Shown: piece by piece, positions 58,148 to 64,000 of the stretch
Layout of the letters: each line of letters starts with the position of its first letter
Position numbering within the stretch: position 1 is the first letter of the stretch
Source: an uncultured Gammaproteobacteria bacterium
GTDB lineage: Bacteria; Patescibacteriota; Patescibacteriia; JACRJV01
NCBI GenBank assembly: GCA_964576005.1
Contig: CAZNTM010000001.1
Location: 3,711-67,710, forward strand
DNA: 64,000 bases
Reading direction: 5' to 3'
Translations under genes and position numbers: made by a program
Notes under the pieces: generated by a model
What the model was told of the DNA's origin: nothing
The model's database searches: none
Seen by the model: only the letters and a program-made list of their open reading frames with translations

Positions 58148-59299
58148 ATGGAAAAAGAGCATTTGCGAGTTCGCCAGCAATGGCCCGGAGCGATTGGCAG
58201 CGCCGTCATGGTGCTTTTCGTGCTTTCTTCGCTCTTGTTTAACCGGACCGTGCAAGCATTAAACCAAGCCGCGGGAAACTACGGATACTATGGCGGGACC
58301 TATGGCTACAACACGACGGCCTCTTCTGACGACCTGCCAAATCCACCAACCAGCCTAACTTCGGTGCTCGCGACCACCTCCATCACCTTTAGCTGGACTG
58401 CTCCGACGATGACAGCACTTGGCACCTCGCTTAATAACTTGAGCGGTTATTGCTATGCGACTGGGACGTCTGCTCCATCAAATTGTACGCTTTCCAGCAG
58501 CACAACCATGAGCACGAGTGTGACGATTTCCGGTCTTAGCCCAAGCACGACCACGTACATTAATGTTCGCGCATACGACAGCAACAATAACTTAAGCAAT
58601 ACAGCGCTCACTGGCAGTGCGACCACTGCGGCGGCTGCAGGTACCGGAGGCGGTGGTGGATCTGCTAGCTCTGTTGGGGCTGCACCGGCTCCTGCTCCAG
58701 CTCCGGCCATTGCGCCTTCTCCCGCTCCAGCTCCAGTACCCGCTCCAGCTCTCGCGCCACAGCAGATTGTTCAGGAAGCGCGAAGAACTGCCATAGAGGT
58801 CCGTAAGGAACTGCAGGAAGCGCGCGTCGCGCTCACGAAAGCCACTCCAGCTCAAGCAAGGGTAATTGCCAAAGACATCTCTGCAGCCCTGACCGAGTCC
58901 TTGAAAGCGGGAAATGATGCGCTCAAAGCCGTCAAGTCTGCGCTGGCAACAGCAGAAACCGCGCTGAAGACCATTCAGAAGAACCAGAGGAGAAAGGGGC
59001 TTTCAAAGGCCCAGAAGACAGCGCTCCAGAAGAGTCTTAAAGTGGCGCAAGCAGCAGTACAGGAAGCGCGCACCGCGGTAAAAACAGTGACCACGGCAAA
59101 CAAGCAGGCAGCAAAGCTTGCCAAGGACGCGAGTAAACAGCTTACCGCAATCAAGAAAGCGCCAAACAAGAAAGTCGTTGGTTTGGCAAAGGCAATGCTT
59201 AAGGCTGCGGAAGCAGCAAGCAAAGCGCTTGAGAGAGCCGTGGCAGTAAGCTCAAAGGCTGCGGCAAAGCCGGCCCCGAAGAAGGCCCCGAAGAAGTAG
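58148..59299 (+). CDS. Exported/surface protein: signal or TM, GY-rich motif, fibronectin type III domain, Gly/Pro-Ala linker, Ala/Lys-rich helical tail
   Basis: P.PPTSL, FSWTAP, ISGLSPSTT.Y..VRAYD...N.S; APAPAP linker; very basic C-terminus. Confidence 0.8.
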   Translation: MEKEHLRVRQQWPGAIGSAVMVLFVLSSLLFNRTVQALNQAAGNYGYYGGTYGYNTTASSDDLPNPPTSLTSVLATTSITFSWTAPTMTALGTSLNNLSGYCYATGTSAPSNCTLSSSTTMSTSVTISGLSPSTTTYINVRAYDSNNNLSNTALTGSATTAAAAGTGGGGGSASSVGAAPAPAPAPAIAPSPAPAPVPAPALAPQQIVQEARRTAIEVRKELQEARVALTKATPAQARVIAKDISAALTESLKAGNDALKAVKSALATAETALKTIQKNQRRKGLSKAQKTALQKSLKVAQAAVQEARTAVKTVTTANKQAAKLAKDASKQLTAIKKAPNKKVVGLAKAMLKAAEAASKALERAVAVSSKAAAKPAPKKAPKK

Positions 59300-59322
59300 C
59301 CGACAACAACCTTGAGGCTTCG

Positions 59323-59354
59323 AAAGACCCTCCGATTGCGATCGGGGGGTCTTT
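59323..59354 (+). terminator. Intrinsic terminator-like hairpin
   Basis: AAAGACCCTCCGAT-TGCG-ATCGGGGGGTCTTT. Confidence 0.75.
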
Positions 59355-59362
59355 GCTACGTT

Positions 59363-60847
59363 GTGCCAATAAGTTTTCTTCTGCGGATTCTTGCGCTTGG
59401 GTTTCTCGGCGGCGTCTTTGCGCGATCCGCGCTCTTTGCCGTTCGAATTGCCGCCCAGTATCCTGAAGGTCCGTTGTTTCCGGCGGCGCTTTTTTTATTC
59501 ATGCTTATTGCCGGCGTTCTTCTTTGCATCCGCCGCTTTCACCTTGCGCTTTTGTTGGCAACAGCCTTCCTCTTTGGCTTTTTTCGTCTCGATGTTTCTA
59601 TTCGCTTTCCGCCTCGACTGCCGCCATCCCCGGTGGAGCTTACTGGGATCGTTCGTTTGGCGCCCATCATTACCGATACGAGCGATGGGTGGAATGTGCT
59701 GGTTGATCTCCCGAGTCTCGAAGCCTTTGGACGCGGCAGCATGGTACGGGTGCGCTGTCGCTTGAGGCAGCAAGGGAGCTGGTCGCAACGATTGCGCGGT
59801 TTTAGTTTCGCTCCAGTACTTCGCGCCATCCGTCGGCACGAAAAAGGCACGTGCGTGCCAATAGAAATGACCGTCATCTCATCTGCGCCGCTTGCTGACC
59901 GGCTCCGTGATCTTCCGCGCCGTACCCGGCATCGCCTTGCAACAGCGGCGGGAGATCTTCTTCCAATGCAATCGGCGACGTTGTTGAGAAGTATCGTTTT
60001 GGGGATTGATGAGAACGTTTCACGCGAGATGACCGATGCTTTCCGGCGCACCGGCACGCTTCATCTGCTTGTGGTTTCCGGATCACATTTTGCATTGCTC
60101 GCGCGATACCTTGAGACATTGCTCACGTGGCTTCGGTTCCGGCGTCGCCAGCGCGCTGCCCTTATCTCACTTTTTTTAGGCTTCTTCCTTCTTGTGATTG
60201 GAGCGCCTGCCTCTGCAATCCGCGGGTATCTTGCATCGCTCTCGGTGGTCGTTGCTGGTGTTCTTGACCGGCCGCGGAGCGCCGTTCACCTGCTCGGGCT
60301 TATTGCCGCCGGCATGGTATTGTTTGATCCATGGCTGCTCGTATTTGATTTGGGATTCCAGCTTTCGGTGTTGGCAAGCCTCGGGGTCATTGTCTTGAGC
60401 CTGCCCATTGATGAACGACTCGCGCGACTTTTCCACTGGGTGCGTCTTCCTTCTGTTCGCGCATCCACGGCATCAACGCTCGCAGCGCTTTGCGCAACGG
60501 TTCCGCTACTCCTCTGGTTTGCGGGCGAGCTTTCGCTTGTTGCCCCGCTTGCGAACGTTCCGGCAGTGCTTTTATCCCCCATGCTCTTAAACGTCGGTCT
60601 TGTCTTTCTTGCTCTTGCTTCGCTTTCTCTATTGCTTGCGCGCCTCATCGCTCCAGCCGTTGCATTCCTTTTCGAGGGGTTTGCGCTGCTCATTGCCGCG
60701 TTCGCCGATGCGCCCCTTGCAAGTCTCACCCTTGGGAGCATCCCTCTGTCGTTTGTGGTTGCCTATTACGTCTTTTTTCTTGTCCTCTGTTGGCGCTTGG
60801 TGTTTTCTTCTTACCATTGTCATTTTCCAGTCCCTGTAGTACACTGA
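59363..60847 (+). CDS. comEC: ComEC/Rec2 competence channel (no metallo-beta-lactamase domain)
   Basis: F.RTG..HL.VVSG.H, S..R, DLGFQLS.LA, N...V; start uncertain. Confidence 0.9.
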   Translation: MPISFLLRILALGFLGGVFARSALFAVRIAAQYPEGPLFPAALFLFMLIAGVLLCIRRFHLALLLATAFLFGFFRLDVSIRFPPRLPPSPVELTGIVRLAPIITDTSDGWNVLVDLPSLEAFGRGSMVRVRCRLRQQGSWSQRLRGFSFAPVLRAIRRHEKGTCVPIEMTVISSAPLADRLRDLPRRTRHRLATAAGDLLPMQSATLLRSIVLGIDENVSREMTDAFRRTGTLHLLVVSGSHFALLARYLETLLTWLRFRRRQRAALISLFLGFFLLVIGAPASAIRGYLASLSVVVAGVLDRPRSAVHLLGLIAAGMVLFDPWLLVFDLGFQLSVLASLGVIVLSLPIDERLARLFHWVRLPSVRASTASTLAALCATVPLLLWFAGELSLVAPLANVPAVLLSPMLLNVGLVFLALASLSLLLARLIAPAVAFLFEGFALLIAAFADAPLASLTLGSIPLSFVVAYYVFFLVLCWRLVFSSYHCHFPVPVVH

Positions 60848-60872
60848 GACTGTAGAAAAATGCTTTATTTAT

Positions 60873-60943
60873 GCCCTGAGCTTGTCGAAGGGCTACCGAA
60901 ATCGTAAAGAAATCCTTCGACTCCGCTTGCGCTTCGCTCAGGA
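60873..60943. repeat. REP doublet of the same family as the MITE cargo, without TIRs
   Basis: GCCCTGAGCTTGTCGAAGGGC followed by inverted TCCTTCGAC...GCTCAGGA. Confidence 0.8.
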
Positions 60944-60981
60944 AATAATCCCTTCGAGTTATTTTTCTACAGTCTCACACC

Positions 60982-61590
60982 ATGACCACCATTGTTGATA
61001 TGAAACACCCTAAAGAAGAGCGCACTTTTTTGCTCGTGAAGCCCGATGGGGTGAAGCGGGGCTTGGTCGGCGAGGTTATTCGTCGCATCGAACAGCGCGG
61101 CCTCAAGATCATTGCTCTGGAGATGATCTCGGCCACCCCAGAGCAGGTGGACGGACACTATCCGAAGGAGCAATTATGGATCAATCGCCTCGGAGAGAAG
61201 ACCCTTGCGACGTACGCGAAGTACGGGTATGACGCGCCACATGAGCTTGGCACGGACGATCCGAAGCGCATCGGAGCGATGGTCCGCAGTTGGCTCATCG
61301 AGGGGCTTACCTCCGGACCAATCGTAAAAATGGTTATTGAGGGGATCCACGCGGTTGATATGGTCCGAAAACTCGCAGGCTCGACCATGCCTTCTGCCGC
61401 AGAGATGGGCACGATTCGGGGGGATTATTCGGTAGATTCTCCGGCAGCGGCGAATCGCGACAAACGGGCGGTCCGCAATCTCGTCCACGCGTCCGAAACC
61501 CCCGAGGAAGCGCGACACGAGATTGAGTACTGGCTTGCTCCGGAAGAACTCCACCCGTACAAACGCGCCGAAGAAGACATCATGTTTTAA
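60982..61590 (+). CDS. ndk: Nucleoside-diphosphate kinase
   Basis: ERT...VKPDGV.RGL.GE.I.RIE..GL, GTIRGD, NLVHAS. Confidence 0.95.
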   Translation: MTTIVDMKHPKEERTFLLVKPDGVKRGLVGEVIRRIEQRGLKIIALEMISATPEQVDGHYPKEQLWINRLGEKTLATYAKYGYDAPHELGTDDPKRIGAMVRSWLIEGLTSGPIVKMVIEGIHAVDMVRKLAGSTMPSAAEMGTIRGDYSVDSPAAANRDKRAVRNLVHASETPEEARHEIEYWLAPEELHPYKRAEEDIMF

Positions 61591-61594
61591 GTTC

Positions 61595-61945
61595 ATGTCG
61601 CTCTTTCACCAGCGGGCGGCATATCTCACTGCGATCGGATTGTGGGCGTTGCAGGCCTCTGCGGTGATTTCCGTTTTGCCAAAACTTCACGCTGCGGCAA
61701 GTCCAGTGCCGCTGCAGCTTAATGTGGAAGTTGGGGTTGTTTCGGTCGGACACTGGGCATGGGTGCTCCTGCCGGCGATTTTAAGTGTGCTCGTCACTGG
61801 TGGTAATGCTCTGCTTGCGCGATTCCTCCGACAGGAACGCGCGGGGGCGCTGCTCGCCTACGCGAGCGTGTTTGGTGCCTTGCTGTTTCTCTTCGGGAGT
61901 ATCGCAGTGGTCCGGTTTGCCGTCGCGGAGAATCTTTCCGGATAA
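61595..61945 (+). CDS. Small three-TM membrane protein (DUF1648-like)
   Basis: VPL..NV..GV...G.W pattern; lies between ndk and mraY. Confidence 0.65.
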   Translation: MSLFHQRAAYLTAIGLWALQASAVISVLPKLHAAASPVPLQLNVEVGVVSVGHWAWVLLPAILSVLVTGGNALLARFLRQERAGALLAYASVFGALLFLFGSIAVVRFAVAENLSG

Positions 61946-61952
61946 GGCGTCT

Positions 61953-62996
61953 ATGCCTCTTGCGATCGTCAAGATTTTTTTCCTCACCACCCTCTCGTTT
62001 CTCGTAGCGATGGGCGTGGCTCCGATCTTCATCCGATTTTTGCGTCGCTATCATTTCGGCAAGCGATTGCGACCGGTAGCGGAAACGCCGGTCTATAGCA
62101 CGCTTCATCAGGCAAAAGCAGGAACCCCTACCATGGGCGGGGTGCTCATTTGGGGGACGACATTGCTGCTTTCTCTCGTGCTTGCCGGCGCTTCGTTGCT
62201 TCTGCCGAATACGCTCTTTTCTTCCCTCTCCTTCCTGTCGCGTTCGCAGACCTACCTGCCATTGGGTGCGCTCATTGCCGCGGCAGTGGTCGGATTGTTT
62301 GATGACCTCTTTAATATCTACGCGATCGGTCCCTCTGGAGGCGGGCTTCGGATGCGTCACCGGCTCGTCCTCTATACGCTCATTGCAGTCGTCGGCGCCT
62401 ACTGGTTTTATGTGAAGCTCGAATGGGATATTTTGCGCGTGCCGTTTTTTGGAGACATTCCCATTGGGCTTTGGTATCTTCCGCTGTTTATTCTTGTCAT
62501 TGTCGCCACCGCGTTTTCCGTCAACGAAATTGACGGGCTTGATGGGCTTGCTGCCGGCACCCTGCTTGCGGCGTTCGGAGCCTACGGAATCATCGCCTTT
62601 GCGCAGGGGAAAGTGGATTTGGCCGCTTTCTGCGGCGTCATTGTCGGGGCCTTACTCGCGTTCATCTGGTTTAACATTCCTCCCGCGAAATTCTTCATGG
62701 GCGACACCGGAGCAATGGGGCTCGGAGTCACCTTGGGCGTGGTGGCAATGCTCACGAACGCGGCGTTGCTGCTGCCGCTGATCGGATTGCTCTTTGTCCT
62801 TGAGTCGCTGTCTGTTTTTGCGCAAATCATCTCCCGGAGGCTGTTTGGCCGGAAGTTGCTTAAAAGTGCGCCGCTCCATCATCATCTCGAAGCCATTGGC
62901 TGGGGAGAACCCCAGATCGTCATGCGTTTTTGGATCATTGCGCTGGTCACGGCAGTCGTTGGCCTTATTCTGGCGTTGCTGGATATCGTGAGGTGA
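61953..62996 (+). CDS. mraY: Phospho-N-acetylmuramoyl-pentapeptide transferase
   Basis: H..K.GTPTMGG, G..DD, N..DGLDGLA, FN..PA..FMGDTG, APLHHH.E..GW.E..IV.RFW. Confidence 0.95.
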   Translation: MPLAIVKIFFLTTLSFLVAMGVAPIFIRFLRRYHFGKRLRPVAETPVYSTLHQAKAGTPTMGGVLIWGTTLLLSLVLAGASLLLPNTLFSSLSFLSRSQTYLPLGALIAAAVVGLFDDLFNIYAIGPSGGGLRMRHRLVLYTLIAVVGAYWFYVKLEWDILRVPFFGDIPIGLWYLPLFILVIVATAFSVNEIDGLDGLAAGTLLAAFGAYGIIAFAQGKVDLAAFCGVIVGALLAFIWFNIPPAKFFMGDTGAMGLGVTLGVVAMLTNAALLLPLIGLLFVLESLSVFAQIISRRLFGRKLLKSAPLHHHLEAIGWGEPQIVMRFWIIALVTAVVGLILALLDIVR

Positions 62997-62998
62997 TT

Positions 62999-64000
62999 AT
63001 GCGCCCGCTCACCCTCCAACGCGACCTCCTCTTGGGGCTCACTGGATTGCTGCTCGTTGCCGGTCTCGTTCTCCTTGCCTCTGCAAGCAACGTTGTTGGT
63101 TTTCAACGCTTTGGAGATTCGTACTTTTACTTCAAACACCAACTGCTTTTCGGCGTGCTTCCCGGCATCATTCTTTTTGTCATTGCGAAGCGCCTCCCCC
63201 TCGCATTCTGGCGAAAGATTTCGCCGTGGTTTTACCTTGCGATTCTCGTATTGCTTGTCGTCGTGCTCCTTCCCGGGATCCGCGGCATTGGCAATACGAA
63301 GAGCTGGATTGTGCTCGGAGCGTTTTCATTCCAGCCAGCAGAGATCGGGAAGTTCGCCCTCATTCTGGTCCTCGCGTGGTGGGGGGAGGTGAAACGCGAC
63401 CTTGGTTCTTTCCTGCTCATCCTTCTTCCCGTCGTGGTCCTCTTGGCGCTTCAGCCGGACATTGGGACCCTCTTCGTGCTCGTGGGGATTGCTTTGGTCA
63501 TGTACTACCTTGCCGGCGGAAAACTTACGCATCTTGCAATTTTGTTTCTTTTGGCTCTGGCCGCATTGGCGCTTTTGGTGTTTGCGGCGCCGTATCGTTT
63601 GGATCGTCTCGCGGTTTTTTGGAATGATCAATACGATCCTCAAGGTGCGGGATACCATGTGCGTCAGGCGCTCATTGCCATCGGCTCTGGCGGGCTCTGG
63701 GGCAGGGGACTGGGGCATTCTCGCCAGAAGTTCCAGTATCTTCCCGAGGTGCAGTCCGATTCCCTCTTTGCGGTTGCTGCGGAGGAGCTTGGGTTTATCT
63801 TTACCGCCATTTTTCTTGTCGTGCTCGTGGTCTTCTGGCGATCAATGCTCAAACTCGCTCTTTTGCGAGACGATCGTTTTTCGCGCGTTGCGATCGGGGG
63901 GATACTCGCATGGTTTGTGCTGCAGACGTTTTTAAATCTTGGCGCCATGGTCGGCGTTCTGCCGCTCACTGGGGTGCCGTTGCCCCTGATTAGTTACGGC
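62999..64000 (+). CDS. ftsW: SEDS peptidoglycan polymerase FtsW, 3' end outside the window
   Basis: Not in the ORF track because it has no stop in the window. Manual translation gives SAS, KSWI..G.FSFQPAE..K, QPD.GT, PYR..R, GY...QAL.AIGSGG..G.GLG.S.QK..YLPE...D, LPLTGVPLPLISYG. Confidence 0.93.
   Translation, partial: MRPLTLQRDLLLGLTGLLLVAGLVLLASASNVVGFQRFGDSYFYFKHQLLFGVLPGIILFVIAKRLPLAFWRKISPWFYLAILVLLVVVLLPGIRGIGNTKSWIVLGAFSFQPAEIGKFALILVLAWWGEVKRDLGSFLLILLPVVVLLALQPDIGTLFVLVGIALVMYYLAGGKLTHLAILFLLALAALALLVFAAPYRLDRLAVFWNDQYDPQGAGYHVRQALIAIGSGGLWGRGLGHSRQKFQYLPEVQSDSLFAVAAEELGFIFTAIFLVVLVVFWRSMLKLALLRDDRFSRVAIGGILAWFVLQTFLNLGAMVGVLPLTGVPLPLISYG

Noticed and set aside
58670-58760. GCTCCA/GCTCCG hexamer repeats
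   Set aside because: They simply encode the Ala-Pro linker with varied codons and are not an independent DNA repeat.
61953-64000. mraY directly followed by ftsW with no murD between them
   Set aside because: This is ordinary dcw-cluster rearrangement; murD may lie elsewhere.
1-64000. tRNA, rRNA, prophage, defence systems, alternative genetic code
   Set aside because: None was recognised by eye. TGA acts as a stop throughout.

Overview
About 64 kb of a bacterial chromosome using the standard code. It is probably Patescibacteria/CPR (Parcubacteria-like); this is inferred from the mostly Shine-Dalgarno-less TATG starts, the RAYT type and the ndk-mraY-ftsW arrangement. Roughly 58 kb is one large, strand-scrambled cell-surface glycan locus. 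It holds a nucleotidyltransferase/kinase pair, a GtrA/GtrB module with redox, amination, acetylation and methylation enzymes, acpS/acs/ACP/MaoC, ino1, a divergent neuB-neuC-neuA set, an FnlA/RmlD-like/FnlC/WbuB set, GT2/GT4/GT-C glycosyltransferases, Wzy/WaaL, Wzz and a WecA fusion. It ends at an FN3 surface-protein gene, comEC, ndk, mraY and a truncated ftsW. Most notable non-gene structure: (1) an HUH/RAYT transposase with one 27-29 bp palindrome upstream, in-frame inside its own ORF, and on its stop codon; (2) three copies of a 133-bp MITE with 16-bp TIRs and clean 6-7 bp target duplications that carries a REP doublet; (3) three self-contained promoter/boxA-like/SD/terminator gene cassettes, two of them frameshifted; (4) a cluster of co-oriented DnaA boxes over a divergent promoter. 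All functional calls come from motifs read by eye; no database search was run.
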